Of a DNA stretch of 64,000 bases, positions 1-15,623 are shown one piece after another; within the stretch, counting starts at the first letter, position 1, and each line of letters starts with the position of its first letter. The notes under the pieces are model-generated. The model was not told the origin of the DNA and did no database searches. It saw only the letters and a program-made list of their open reading frames with translations. Source of the stretch: the human T2T-CHM13v2.0 reference genome, Homo sapiens. Position numbers and translations under genes: made by a program. The stretch lies in assembly GCF_009914755.1 (NCBI RefSeq), contig NC_060933.1, one strand, 5' to 3'.

Positions 1-474
1 AGGGGTCAGGCCCCTGGCTCTAATTAGAAACAGGGGTATCTGCAAGGGAAAGTCATAAAAGCACCTAGTCAGTAAAAGCTGACAGTGAATGAAGGCGAGG
101 TGAGAAGTCATTCAGGCCTGGAACCTGTGGACATAATGCATCTTTGGTGCTGAAAGAATCACAGCTCATTTAGGCTATCCAGCATTTTAAAGCTTAGCTC
201 TTCTTTTCCTTGCCAGTTTTATTCCTATAAACTGGTGAGGACACAGTGAATCCTTCTCCTTGCCCCCAAACCTGGAGACCTTAGTCATTTAGTTGAACTA
301 AACACACATTGACTGAGAGCTACCGTGTGTCAAACACCATGTGGGTGGATAGCTGGCCCTTCTCCATGGGGTTCTCTGAGAGAATTGAACCCTAATGCCC
401 AAGGCATCTATAGTATATCTTAATGTTTTTCCTACCCATCTAGAAAGATGCTAGCTACATGGTATCCGTGGGAG

Positions 475-1195
475 TGAAGCAAGAGAATAGGGTCTGGAGG
501 CAGGGAACCTAAGGCCGATTTGAGCTGACTTCTTAGAACTAAATCAAAAGGAAAACCCCAACTTCCCACACCTAAGTAACAAAAGGACCAGAGGCTACTC
601 CATTTGCAAAGCACCCCCCGCCCCGCCCCGACACACACCCGTTTTCTCTGTGACAGATAGAAAATGGAAAGTATCTCTAATTGATGGAAAATGGAAAGTA
701 TCTCTAATTGGTTGTTTTCTGCACCAGACGTTGGCATAGGAATGTAACTTTGTAACTTCACTTCAGCCTCTGACTGGTTGCTTTCCACAACCAACCAGAC
801 TGATTGCCGGCCAAGTCTTCATTTGCATAGAAGTTAACTTTATTACTTCATTTTAGCCTCTGATTGGTTGATTTCCACAACCAATCAGATGCTTGCATAG
901 GGTGTAACCTTTGTAACTTCACTTCAGCCTCTGATTGTGGGCCATGACTTCATTTACATAGGGTGCACACCAAGTAACCAATGGGAAACCTCTGGAGGGT
1001 ATTTAAACACCAGAGAATTCTGTAATCGGGGCCTTGAACCCCTGTGCTCAGGCCCGCTCCCACTCTGTGGAGTATACTTTCATTTTCAATAAATCTCTGC
1101 TTTTGTGGCTTCATTCTTTCCTTGCTTTGCTTGTGCATTTTGTCCAATTTTTTGTTCAAAAACGCTGAGAACCTGGACACCTTCAACTGGTAACA
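475..1195 (+). mobile_element. MER51-family ERV1 solo LTR
   Basis: Begins TGAAGCAAGAGAATAGGGTCTGGAGGCAGGGAACCTAAGGCC (MER51 5' end as recalled) and ends GGTAACA. Internal repeats carry CCAAT/ATTGG; TATTTAAA ~1000; AATAAA ~1088. Confidence 0.85.
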
Positions 1196-1822
1196 ACAGG
1201 ATTGAGAAAATAGTCACCCGTTTTCTATAGGGCTTAATTTCCTTGGGTGGCCCCCATTGACAAAGGCTGGATCATAAACACAATTTCTCCTCTCCCACTT
1301 GTCCTATTCCAGCCAAAAAGGAAAGTAATAGCATGAAGTTTTGTGATAAAGTCTGGAGGAGGGGCATGTGCTCCCTCAGCATGGATGAAGCAGCTAGCTT
1401 GGTCAGAGAGGCTAAGACAGTTAAGGGAAGTCTTCCTAAGGGAGAAACATTTACGCTCCTGTCTGGTGGAAGAATTAGAGCTAGTCAGAGGAGGGGAAAA
1501 GAAATTTCCAGGTGGAGGGAACAGTGTGATAACATGAGTGAAGGCCTTGAAGGAGTCAGAGGGTGGCTATTCCTGAGTGGACATTTTGATGACCAGTGAT
1601 TCTTCAGCATTGGGCACATAGTCTTTTTAGCATGACACACAGAAGATGTTCTGTAAATGTTGAAGGTTAGGGGGAGAATGGTGATGATGGAGAAAGGGTT
1701 GGGAAGGAACAAGTCTGGAAGTGTTAATAAGAACTTTACCAGCCGCCTTAAATAATTAGGGCTTTATGCCAAAGGTGCCAGGAGCTGCTAAAGGACTGTG
1801 AAACTGATTATGTAGCTTCTTA

Positions 1823-2232
<410 letters not shown>

Positions 2233-3279
2233 TTAGCTGATGACAAACAGGCTGGTTGAGAGGCTGGTAACCCATGCAGAGCCCACCTCTGTTGGCCATC
2301 CTGAAGTTCTCTTCTCTCACTGGGCTCTCTGTCTCCTTCCCTCTTCTCCTTCTCTCCATCCCTTTTCCTACCCCTCTGCCCTTCTTCAGGACCCTGGCCA
2401 TACTTGGAGAAGCAGCCTCAGATCCTGAGGTCCAGTGGTTTGGGAGAAAGCCCCAGTTTCTTTGCATTCTGTGATAGAGCATCTCTGAGATAGCTCTCTC
2501 ATCCTATAGCATAACTTTGATATGCTATTATGCTTGGGAACTTTATTCAACTTTGTATGATTCTACACTTGTCCTTTTTGACATTTATCATCTTTCCAAA
2601 TGTCCCAAGTAGTTAACGGCAGCAGTTGTTTTAGGGCAATGAGGTCAGTGAGAACTTCTCTCAAAGTCATTAATAATATAATTAGGTTAGTTTTATTTTA
2701 AATATTCATTTTATAATGAAAGCATTGTAGTTACAAGTTATTATTATTTTTTTCATGTGGAGCTTTGCTTTCTCTCCAATGCTCTGGAATCTGGGCTTTT
2801 ATAACTTTCATACCTCATTTCTTCTATCAGTTAGATTCCAACACACTCCAAGACTTAGAGAATGGTTTCCAAACTGGGGCCCCTGGTGGGCCCCAGTTTG
2901 ATGCGTGTAGAAGGGTGTGGGGGGGACAATGGGGGAAGGCAGGTTCCAGGCTCTCACATCCCTGCTTCATCCCCAGCGTTGACCTCAGGGTTAGATTCCA
3001 CTGGAATCACGGACTCCACCAATGACCAAATGTTGAAAAGAGAGTAGCTCAAGGTTGACAGCATAGAAGTAAGTGAGGAGCCATTAACTGTCAGTACCAC
3101 GAAGAGTGTGTTGTCTTCAACCGTAGACCTAGAGGAAAAGCATCTAAGAGTCTGGGAGCCTTGGAGTCACTCACTGCTGCTACATTTTAAGGACCTGCAA
3201 TAATTCCCCACCATTCGTTTGGGAATCCTCAAGACAAACCACTATGAGATTTAAGAGATGAACTGAATGGAGGAAACCA

Positions 3280-3370
3280 GCCAGCATTTATTGGCATCTC
3301 CTAAGTATCAGGCCCTGTGCTGAAAGCTTTATGTATGTTATTCCATTTACTTTCCTTAGAAACTGTAGGA
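3280..3370 (-). mobile_element. MIR/L2-tail fragment
   Basis: CATTTATTGGCATCTCC..CAGGCCCTGTGCTGAAAGCTTTATG..ATTCCATTT. Confidence 0.55.
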
Positions 3371-3592
3371 GAAAGGTTTGGAAAAGAAGAGAAACATTGC
3401 TGATTCTAAGTCCATGTAGCTCCTGATGGAGCACTCACAAGCCAGAAAGAATGTGACCTTACATTCCATAACTTGCAGTTACTATTGATTGGAAAGATCA
3501 AGTTAGAAGCAAGGTCTCCAGATGCTCCAACTTGCCATTGGCCGGATTATTAACCATAGAGGTTATAAAACAAGGCTGTGGAAATTTTAGAA

Positions 3593-3742
3593 TTGAGGTT
3601 TTCAAACTTTAGTCTGTAAATATCACCTGGGAACTTAATAAAAATAAAAATTTTCAGTCTCCACCTGTGGAGATACTGATCTGACAGGCCTAGAGAAGGG
3701 TCCGAGAAACAACATTTCGTTATGTGGTTGAGAAGTGCTGGT
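3593..3742. mobile_element. MER5-type hAT-Charlie fragment
   Basis: GGTTTTCAAACTTTAG..ATCACCTGGGAACTT..TTGAGAAGTGCTG. Confidence 0.6.
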
Positions 3743-4451
3743 AGACCATGTGAATAGGAAGGCAAAATAACCTTCTATTAAACCTGGAAGCTGGCTTTGC
3801 TCATGTTTGTTTGCATTAGATAAGATATGACTGCTAATTGATTTGGAAATCAAAGTTGTTGCATTGATTTGCGTTTGGTTATTGTCCTGCAAAGCATTGG
3901 TAAGCAAGTGTGGCTAGAATTCTTCAAGATGGTGCAATATCTTCAGCATCTATATTAGCATAATAGAAATGTTCTTACCTCCCTTTTTCTATTTTTCTTA
4001 TAAGCTACAATGTCTGATGGCAAGTAATTGAGCATTCCCTTATAGCTGATTATTTTGTGAAGTGTATCTGTCCATACCACTAATTCAACCTTGCAAATAC
4101 ATTCCATTTCCAAAGTCAGTAAGCCTGAAGACCATCTGGGGAGATCCTTTCTTCACCATGGGCAGGAGCCCTTGCACCCCTGTGCCTTTGTTTGTTTCTT
4201 TGGCATAGGATGCCCTCTTCACCTTGTCAAATCTTATTGATCCTCAAAGGCTTATTGAAAATGTCATGTTCTTCTAAAGCATTTCCTGATTTGCCTCTTC
4301 TACTTCCTTTTTATTGTGTAGTCAAATAGGGATTTTCATTATCTTTGAGTATGCAAAACTTGTGATTATAATTCTTTAATGTTGCATATGTTTTCTTTTT
4401 ACATTCAATTTGTATTGTTTTATTAAATTACTAAAAATGCTTATTGTAATA

Positions 4452-5104
<653 letters not shown>

Positions 5105-5204
5105 TAATTAAGTGCTACAGAAGCACATAGAATAAAAAGCTAAGCCTCTGTCATCTGCATCAGTTCACTCCCCACTACAGACCTTTTAAAAATGTGTTTG
5201 CCAG

Positions 5205-5386
5205 TAAAATAGAAAGCATAAATTTAAAGTTTGATAACAGGGCAGGATAACTATACATAAAAAATGTATTGTACTCAGGTGAGGACACCCCAAATGCCCT
5301 GACATGATCACTACCCATTATATATACATGTAAAAATTTTCTCACGTAGCCCACAAATTTGTACTAATAATTAAAATAAAATAAAA
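5205..5386 (+). mobile_element. L1 3' end (L1PB/L1MA type)
   Basis: GGTGAGGACACCCCAAATGCCCTGACATGATCACT..CATGTAAAAATTTTCTCAC..AAATTTGTAC followed by an A-rich tail. Confidence 0.7.
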
Positions 5387-5788
5387 TGCATTTGCAATCT
5401 GCATCTGTCACATAAGCACCCCTTCCTCCCAAACACACACAGACTTACTGTACTTTTTAGAGAAGGTTTCAGCTGTGGCAAAGTCGGCTTCCCGTCAGCT
5501 GCTGCAGCACATAGGTGGAATTGCAAAGAATGTTCAGTCTGTCCCTAATTTGGATTTAAACAATATGATGCATTCCATAGAGAAATTAACAAGTGGATAT
5601 CCTAGTTTATCCATGTTGTCCTGATCTCTTTGAGGACACCGGTGTTACTTCCTGGTTCTTCAGGTTCCCCTTACACGTAGTCTCACAGTCAGAAATGAAA
5701 GTGGCCCCTGGATTGGCCCCTTACTCTCATGTTGCTCTTTTCTCTCCTCCTCGGTCTTTCTCTTTTTATCTCTTTTATTTATCTCATC

Positions 5789-6117
5789 CAGCGGTTGGCA
5801 AACCTTTCCTGCAAAGGGCCAGAGAGTAAAGACGTTGGGCTTTGGGCCATGTGGTCTCTGCTGGACCACTCGACTCTGCTGTTGCAGTGCCAGACAGCCA
5901 TAGACCATGTACAGACAAATGCGGGCGTTTGTGTTCCAGTGAACCTTACTTATGGACACTAAAATGTGAATGTTATATAATTATTACATCACAAAATATT
6001 GTTCTTTTTATTTTTTCCAACTATTTAGAAATGTAAAAAAACCCCTGTTAACTTGTTTGCCATACAGAAACAGGCATCTGGCCACTTTGACCCAAGGACC
6101 AGAGTTGCCATCCCTTG
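5789..6117 (-). mobile_element. MER58B (hAT-Charlie)
   Basis: TIR-like CAGCGGTTGGCAAAC ... GTTGCCATCCCTTG; internal AAAGGGCCAGAGAGTAAA and CAGCCATAGAC. Confidence 0.85.
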
Positions 6118-6583
6118 CCCTCCTCCAAACTCTCATTCCCTATTGTATCCAGTTTTTGATGAAAATGACAATAATTTTCTATTACCCCTACAAAGGATGG
6201 TATAGGGGCATGGATCTTCAGATTCTGAAGCTCTAGGAGGGATGGCGAAAGAGGTCCTCAAATTGTTTTGGGCTTTAGGAAAATATCTAGATGGCAACAA
6301 ACAAAAACAGTATTAGATCTTCATATCTTTTATCTTACAGTGCTAAAAGAGTGTACCCTTGCTGGTCTGGACTTAAAACATCATCGTTTATTGTACATAT
6401 TTTATTCTACTTCATTAGATTAGCTTTCTGAAAATAAGGACTTTGAAAACTCTGTTGTCTCTGCATCTGAATGCCTGGTACAAATTCAGTGGTCAAACCT
6501 CTTGAACAGTTCTTGATATCTCTATTAACCCTATACTTCTTAGCCAATACGCTTTATCTTTCTATCTCTACTCCTTTCTGCTA

Positions 6584-6908
<325 letters not shown>

Positions 6909-7917
6909 TGTGAGGATGTATCTTTAAAATTCTTTTATAAACAGAGACTCATGAAAATAAAACAAAAATGGAGTAGAATCAAAGGAAGACATTTACCTCT
7001 CCAGTTTCTTTTCTTAAATCGCAAGGTGTGGTTCACAGGGGATGGAGGGTACAAATCTTTTCAGCTGCTATCCTGTAATAAACCTAAATGTGGTGAATTT
7101 GGGCTGGCTTTCTAAAAAGTTCAACATTCTCAGCCACTTATATGAAGATGGCAATAAGATTCTGTCTGCATACCGGTTGAGTGTATCTTACCTCTGTCAC
7201 CAAATCTAGAGTTGCTTCTGACCACCATCTCCACCCCATTCTTGCCTTCTTTGCCTTTCTGGCAAGAAGATGTGGAATTCTTAGTAAAGACTGAGTCTTT
7301 CTTTATATTAGTAACATCTGAGTTTTGGTGACCATGGAGAAATGGACATTGGTCAAAATAGCAGAAGGGAGGAGATGGGTAAGAGGGGAACTTCCAGAAT
7401 GCTGAAATATACCTTTGACTCTGAAATCTGAGCTCACACATCAGGGTCTTCAGTTTACAAATGTTTCCCTGGTCAAAAAAAATAAAATGTCTAACAAGCT
7501 TACAAGTATACTCAGTAGCCATATTAAAGTTCTCATAAATCATTTATAGGATTCAAAGTAAACATGCCTGGCTCTTTGTATTTTAGTTCCTTGGCAGAAA
7601 TCTCCATTCCAGCTGGCCTCAGGTCAGCATGGGTGCTTTTCCCAAACACTCAAGTTCCTTCTTCTAACGTGATCTTCTTTCATTTTTTAGATGAATACCT
7701 AACTGTCTGTCCTGTTTACAGCTGCACATGTGGCCTACATGAACAATTTAGAAGTATGCTTTGCCATCACTTGACAGAATGAGACCCTACTGCTCATAAG
7801 CCAGAGAATAAACACATGCTGCCTTTATCTAGAAAAAGCCTTTCATGGATATATTTTCAAGGAATCATGGATCCACTTGCAAATATTAGCTTTGATTCTG
7901 CTAATGCAGTGTAAGAG

Positions 7918-8190
7918 CAAGAGTTAGCAAACTGTAGTAATGTCTGCTTTTGTGTGGCTCATGAGTTAAGAATGGTTTTTACATGTTAAACTTACCTTGA
8001 AAAATCAACGAATAATATTTAGTGGCATGTAAAAATTTTGTAAAATTCAAACTTCAGTGTCCATAAATTAAGTTTCATTGGATCCCAGTCATGCCCATAT
8101 GTTTACATATTGTTTATAGCTGTGTTCGCACTGCAGTGGCAGAGTAGAGTCCCCCTGGTAGAGACTTCTGAAAGAGTTTGCTGAACCCTG
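7918..8190 (+). mobile_element. MER58B with internal deletions
   Basis: GTTAGCAAACT..AAGAATGGTTTTTACAT..TTCAGTGTCCATAAAT..GTTTGCTGAACCCTG. Confidence 0.75.
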
Positions 8191-8290
8191 GTTAAAGGCA
8201 TGGGCTTTGGGTAGGACTTTCTGGTTTGAATTCTGGCTCTGCCACTTATAGTGTGAAACCTGTAAATTTTCCTTGTCTATAAAATATTTT
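8191..8290 (+). mobile_element. MIR fragment
   Basis: GGTTAAAGGCATGGGCTTTG..GGTTTGAATTCTGGCTCTGCCACTTA. Confidence 0.65.
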
Positions 8291-9219
8291 CTTGTATGCA
8301 AAATAGGTGCAGAATATGATTCACTTTATTGTTTTCTTGTGAAAATGAGTTGGTATCAAGTTGGGGCTTCTCCATATTCTGCATTCCCTCCAGATGCCAC
8401 TGTTCCAGTTGTGGGAATTCTGCTCCTTCCTGATCAAGGACAAGATTTGCAAATAGACTTTGCAAGGATTTAACTGGTATTTGGATTCAGTGAACAACAG
8501 TATCAGTCTTTTGGGTTTTGGCTTTCCATCATCTCAACTCTAAGAAGATAAGAAACATTTTCAGCACTCACGGAAAAGCCATGTGTGGTGTTGTTTTCCA
8601 TGCCACAGGCTGGAAACTCCAAGGTTTCCGCGTGTATTCTGTAACTTTAATTCATCCTGTGCATTCAGAAGTAGCTCTTAGTGCTTACATGGGCTGGTTC
8701 CCACCCCTCTCAGATCACAGATAGGAATCCCACTTCTTTTGTGCCTCATCTCAGTATGATAACCACATTTCTTTCATTGTACTCTTTGTCACTATGTTAT
8801 CAGCTGTGGTTGTTTGCATGTATACAACGTAAATACAGTCTGGTAAAGAATGAAGCAATTGTTGGAAAGATATTGGGTGGCTAACAAAATTGGAAGAAGA
8901 AATAATGAGTTGCCCACTCAACTTCAAGGAAGCCTTGAGGGTTTGAGAGCACAGAACTTGTAGACTATCTCAAGATGCTGCTTTTGGGTGACTCACCCAC
9001 ATTACTGCTGTCCCTATGACTTTAGGGACAACAGCCAAGGATCTGAGAGAACAAATCTGATGAGCTACTCATGTGGTCGGGAGGAGGGTCCTGTCATTGA
9101 AATCCCTTTAGTATCACATGAGGAGGGATGCCCAGTCGTCCAAAATGAGATACATTAACTTCACTCTATCTTTTATATTTTTGGTTCTGGTGGGTGCAGG
9201 AGAGGGAGAAGGGGGATAC

Positions 9220-9378
9220 TATTTAAGTTTTCTTTAAACCTTAGTTTCTTAATATACAAAAGCCAGATAACACTCTTTTAACTCTATTGATGTAAAGATT
9301 AAATAAAATAATATATGGAAAGTGGTTTACACCATGCTTGGCACACAGTGAGCGTATAGTGACTGGTAACTATTATTC
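9220..9378 (+). mobile_element. MIR
   Basis: CTTAGTTTCTTAAT..AAGATTAAATAAAATAATATATGGAAAG..TGCTTGGCACACAGTGAG. Confidence 0.7.
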
Positions 9379-9662
9379 AATTATTGTTCTCTATGTCAAT
9401 TTCCATATATAACATTTTTTAAAAAATCAAAAGCTGTGATCTCAGCACCCAGGACCCATAATCTAGAACCCATTTCCTGTTTCTAGGCATAAGACACAGC
9501 AGAAATTGCACTTATGGATAAAGGGTTTGATCATGTAAATGGCTCATTACTCTTTAAACAAATGGTTTAAGTCCCTGCCAAGGCCATTTGTATACCAGGT
9601 CAGTAGCTGTTTGCTGACTTGTTTATGCGTTAGACTGAAATCTCTCTTAAAACAAGACTGGG

Positions 9663-9963
9663 GGCTGGGCGCGGTGGCTCATGCCTGAAATCCCAGCACT
9701 CTGGGAGGCCGAGGCGGGCGGATCACGAGGTCAGGAGATGGAGACCGTCCTGGCTAACACGGTGAAACCCCGTCTCTACTGAAAATACAGAAAAATTAGC
9801 TGGGCGTGGTGGCGGGCTCCTGTAGTCCCAACTACTCAGGAGGCTGAGGCAGGAGAATGGTGTGAACCCGGGAGCCATGCAGTGAGCCGAGATTGAGCTC
9901 CTGCACTCCAGCCTGGGAGACAGAGCGAGACTCCATCTCAAAAAAAAGAAAAACAAAAAATGA
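9663..9963 (+). mobile_element. AluY
   Basis: Y-type GGATCACGAGGTCAGGAGAT..CCTGGCTAACACGGTG..GAATGGTGTGAACCCGGGAG; 14-bp TSD AAAACAAGACTGGG (9649-9662, 9964-9977). Confidence 0.97.
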
Positions 9964-10570
9964 AAAACAAGACTGGGTCTTTTTTTCATTTTTAAGCTTA
10001 ATTCAATTAATTTTTAAGTAGACGGAGCATCTACTACAGGCAAAGGTCTGCTGAGGAGGAATGGGGAGGCATACAAAGGGAATTCTTCATTAGTAGAAGC
10101 AAAGCCATTGTCCCTTCATTACAAAACAATTCCAATGCAGGAGCCAGGGGTCGAGGTGTTACCCTAAAGGTTCTCGGGATTACCAGGCTACAGAGACTAA
10201 TTAAAGATCACAGAGATTATAACAATGTTCTGTGGGTCCATCTGAATATGATAGTGTTGAGAAGATGTTATTGTACTATGTCTGCTGCAGTTTAACTGTG
10301 TTTTACTAATGTAGCCTGAGTGTATTTACCAGCCAAATTGTGGATGAGAAAAAGGGATATCCAACTAGTTGTCTTTGTTTACATTTTACAGCAGAGTTTT
10401 CACGTTTAAGAGTCTTTATCTCAGTCCCATTGTGTGAGTAACTTTATATAATAAGAATTCAGTGGTAAACGTATATGCAGGCAGAAATGCATCTCTAGTC
10501 TTCTCCCCATGTTCATTCTCATGAATATTTGCTCTAAAGATCTATGAAATATAAGAACATTTTCGGTTTA

Positions 10571-10927
<357 letters not shown>

Positions 10928-11079
10928 TCATTTTAAAAATGATTAAAAATTTGTTTTTACCAAAGAAATTATTACAGCTATTTATTATAGTGTTTTTGTG
11001 GGAGTTAAAAATAATAGTAAGAGTAGCATAAGAGTGAGTATAAAATAATAACATCATTTCTCAAGCACCTTATACTAGA

Positions 11080-12009
<930 letters not shown>

Positions 12010-12220
12010 TTAGAACATGTTTAAGATACTTCTTCAAGAATTCCACTCACTTAAGCCTTTCAATAACTCTCTTAAGTAGTCACTATTATCACTACCATTT
12101 TGCAGATGACAAAACTGAGTCCCATGGAACTAAATAACTGGTCCAAGGGTACACAGCTTGTAAAAGATAATTTTACTTAAATAATGAGGAATCTGGTTCT
12201 CAGGCCAAAGTTCTTCACCC
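12010..12220 (-). mobile_element. MIR (continuation of 11040-11080)
   Basis: CCATTTTGCAGATGACAAAACTGAG..CCAAGGGTACACAGCTTGTAA. Confidence 0.7.
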
Positions 12221-12257
12221 TGTGTTTTCTTACCTATGGTATTAGACACGTCTATAT

Positions 12258-12420
12258 AAGCTATGTAAGCTGGGCAAGTTGCTTAACTTCTCTGGATATT
12301 GGCATCCCTAAAAGCAAGAGGAAAGGTACTCTCCTTCAAGTGTTTTTGTAAGGATTAAAAGAGAACATGTAAGGATGATGCTTAGTACAGCCTGGATAGA
12401 AGAGACACATGATAAGTGTG
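12258..12420 (+). mobile_element. MIR
   Basis: CTGGGCAAGTTGCTTAACTTCTCTG..GTAAGGATTAAAAGAG. Confidence 0.65.
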
Positions 12421-12659
12421 TCTTACTGAAGCATATGAGCTCAGAGGCTGTGAACATGTTGATTTTCTTCTTGTTCACCTAAATAAACCTCATCCTGCCT
12501 CTACATTCTGGTGGCAGAGGTGCAGCTTGCCCTGTTATTCTCTTCATTGCAATTTGGCTCTGGGTTCAATCTCTGGCTATCTTCCCCCAGGCCATGTTTT
12601 CCCTTTACTTACCCTTAATTTTAGCTTAAATTAAGTAAATTCAGAGGCTTTACATTTTA

Positions 12660-13310
12660 GAGTGTGCACAGAGAATACTGCAGTAAATATCTTTGTAGGT
12701 GTGTCATTGGCTTATTTTGTATATCTATATACAAAAATGACTTGCTAGATGAAAAGGTGCATAGTTGTAAATTTGATAAATTCTACCAAATGTCTGCCCA
12801 TAGGCTTTTTTCAACTTATAATCCCCCAACAATGTATGTGAGGCCTGTTTTCCATCACTTTGCCAAAAGTGTGATTTGAACCTTTTTGATCTTTGCCAAA
12901 TTAGTCAGTGAAATATGGTATCTTGTTGTAATATAATTAGCATTTCTCTTATCAAGGGTGATGTTATTTGTCTTCTCATGTGTACGAGAACCACTTGTGT
13001 TTCCTTTTCTGTAAACTGTATCTCCATATTGTTGCCAATAATTTTCTAATAGAATATATAACATGTATATAAGAAATTTGCTTCCAACAGCACTTTTGTA
13101 TTAAGAACCTTAGCATTTTGCCTGCATATGTGCATCTTTACTGGCTTTTGCATGTGAGCTTGCTGTTTTTTGTTATGCAGAATTTAAAATTTTTTTATAT
13201 AGCCATGTTTTGTGTTTTTTTCCTTGTTTCCTGCCATACCTAAAAAGATTTTTTTTCCATTCTAAGATTAGGAAAATCATCTTCCATGTTTTATTTCACA
13301 CTTTTATGAA
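12660..13310 (-). mobile_element. Old L1 (L1ME) ORF2-end/3' fragment
   Basis: CCCCAACAATGTATGTGAG..TTTTGATCTTTGCCAAATT..GAAATATGGTATCTTGTTG..GCATTTCTCTT. Confidence 0.7.
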
Positions 13311-13339
13311 TCATGCAGTTTCTCTTCATCTGATTGAGA

Positions 13340-13560
13340 CAAACTTATAAAATTAGGTTAACTTACATAAAAATCTGGAGGCTTGGTTTGGGAGATCTGC
13401 AGCCCTCCCCTATACTTCCACATGGAAACAATTGGCTGGAGGTGAAGGGCAGGCCTGCCCCTTTGGACAGGACCAGTTCTCTCTGCCTTGCCAGGGTCCC
13501 TACCTTGCCCTTTGTACTCACTGGCATTCCAAGCAAGTCCTCCTAGTCAATTAAGCTTGC
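13340..13560. mobile_element. MER102-like hAT fragment
   Basis: AAAAATCTGG..TTCCACATGGAAACAATTGGCTGGAGGTGA..CTGCCCCTTTGGACAGG. Confidence 0.5.
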
Positions 13561-15329
13561 TACTTCTGAATTAGAGCCTTATGTGGGGTTAGGAAGTGGA
13601 AGGACTGAGCTGATGAAAGAGAGTTGGGATCTCTTGGCAGAGCAGTCTGTTTTTGTAAGTTTTCACATTTCTCTTCATTTTGAACATTATAATGTGGCTT
13701 CCAAAAATCAGGTACACACCTATGTTTTGGAAGTAGACAAAGCCATCAAACAAATGTTGTACATCTTACATAGTTTGACTATGAAATTGGTGTGATGATA
13801 GTGGTGTGCAATTTAATTGGTAAATTATTTAAAACGTTGTTAAAAACAAGCATGGATTTAATTTGGAGTATAAATAAATATTTGGATGACTTTTTTTCTA
13901 AGATTAAAAAACTGTGGCTATATTCTCTTGCCTCAGGCATGTGGTCATTCAACTCTGATGTCAGGATCACTTGGGTATACGTTTGATACCACTGGATAAT
14001 GACTTCTACAAGATGCCTAGAGATAAATAAATTTCATTGACAAGTCAAGTCTTGTACTTTATATAATCATCTTATTTCCAATAGCTGATATTGGACTGGT
14101 GCCCTGTTAATTTGAGTTTTCAGGTAAAAATTAGGTTACTTGGTTCATGAAACCAGAGGAGTATTTTTAATTAACATAGTGTGTATAAAGACTGTGTGTT
14201 AATCAAACGGAAACATTTCTATGTATGAGAAAAGAATTAAAAATGAAAAGCCAAGAGGGAGAACTTATGTTGTTTCTCTGTAAGTCTTTTCAGAATTTTA
14301 TTCAGATAATAGAGAATAGATTTATTTCAAACAAGAAACATTTATTAACTCTTTAATGTGTGCAAGGAATTACTAGTGTAGCAGAATAGAGCAGTTTGAG
14401 TACTTACAATCTGGTTGGGAAAGAAGGATAACTCCATAAATAAATAAATAGTGTTAGCCAAAAAGCACTCTAGACTCTATGCATGTGTCCCTCCAGGTGC
14501 ATAACACTTAAAATGATGAATGAAATGTATTTTAAAATAAAACATTTAAAAAGCATAGCTGAGCTGACAGCAAAGAAAATACCGAAGCTAAGAAATGATG
14601 AGAGAACACCTATTTTTTTTTTTTTTTTTTTTGGCTTGGGTACATCTGTCAGTGTATGGTGTTCTACAGACTTGGTTTTAATGGACTGTAGTATGGAAGT
14701 CACAGGCCAAACCTAGAATCGAGACAGGTGAGAAATCTGATTGGGGAACCCTGAAGAAAAATGACACCCTAAAGGTTAATGCTCACAAAGGGCAAACTAG
14801 AAAGCCCAACCCCACAAAGGGGACTTGACTGCCTTAGACTTTGCCCTGAATTCTGTAAAAGATGACAAGGAAAAATAAAAGCCTCATATGAGAATTCCTA
14901 ATCATAAGCCAGAATGGGCTTGTATTTGGAGGCCATAATTCACACTGTATGAGTAGTCTTAACAAAATTTCAGGATGGAAATTTAGTAAAGAGTGGTCCT
15001 ACGTTGATAAGTACCTGCAGGCAACTGATGGAAGCAAACAGATCCTTTTTTGAGGATGCATGTTAAACACAGGTTTCAGAGAATTCTGAAAGAAACATGA
15101 GCTCACAATTTAAAAAAAAATTTTAAAAATCATTAAACATACAAGAAAATTGGACACTATGAGAGAGAGACAACAGAAAGCCAGCAAATGGCAGAATCAG
15201 GTTTGTAAAAACTGCAGGCTCAACAGACACAGACTATAAAACAAATATATTTCACACATTTAAATAAACCAGTGAAGATACTGAAATCATGGTAAAAGAA
15301 CAAGAAACTATGAATATTGATGAGGCAGA

Positions 15330-15623
15330 TTTTTTTTTTTTTGAGACAGGATCTCACTCTGTTGCCCAGGCTGTGTGCGATGGCATGATCATAGCTCACT
15401 GCAGCCTCGAACTCATAGGCTCAAGCTATCCTCCTGCTTCAGCCTCCTAAGTAGCTAGGATTACAGGCACACACCACAAAACCTGGCTAATTTTTGTATC
15501 TTTTGTAGAGATGGGGTTTCATCATATTGCCCAGTCTGGTCTGAAACTCCTGGGCTCAAGTGATTCACCCACCTTGGCCTCCCGAAGTGCTGGGATTACA
15601 GGTGTGAGCCACTGTGCCTGGCC
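15330..15623 (-). mobile_element. AluJ
   Basis: Antisense dimer; TSD AGGCAGATTTTT on both sides. Confidence 0.95.

Noticed and set aside
740-945. Spaced repeats superficially like a CRISPR array
   Set aside because: Degenerate internal LTR repeats in primate DNA; no cas genes or constant repeat/spacer structure.
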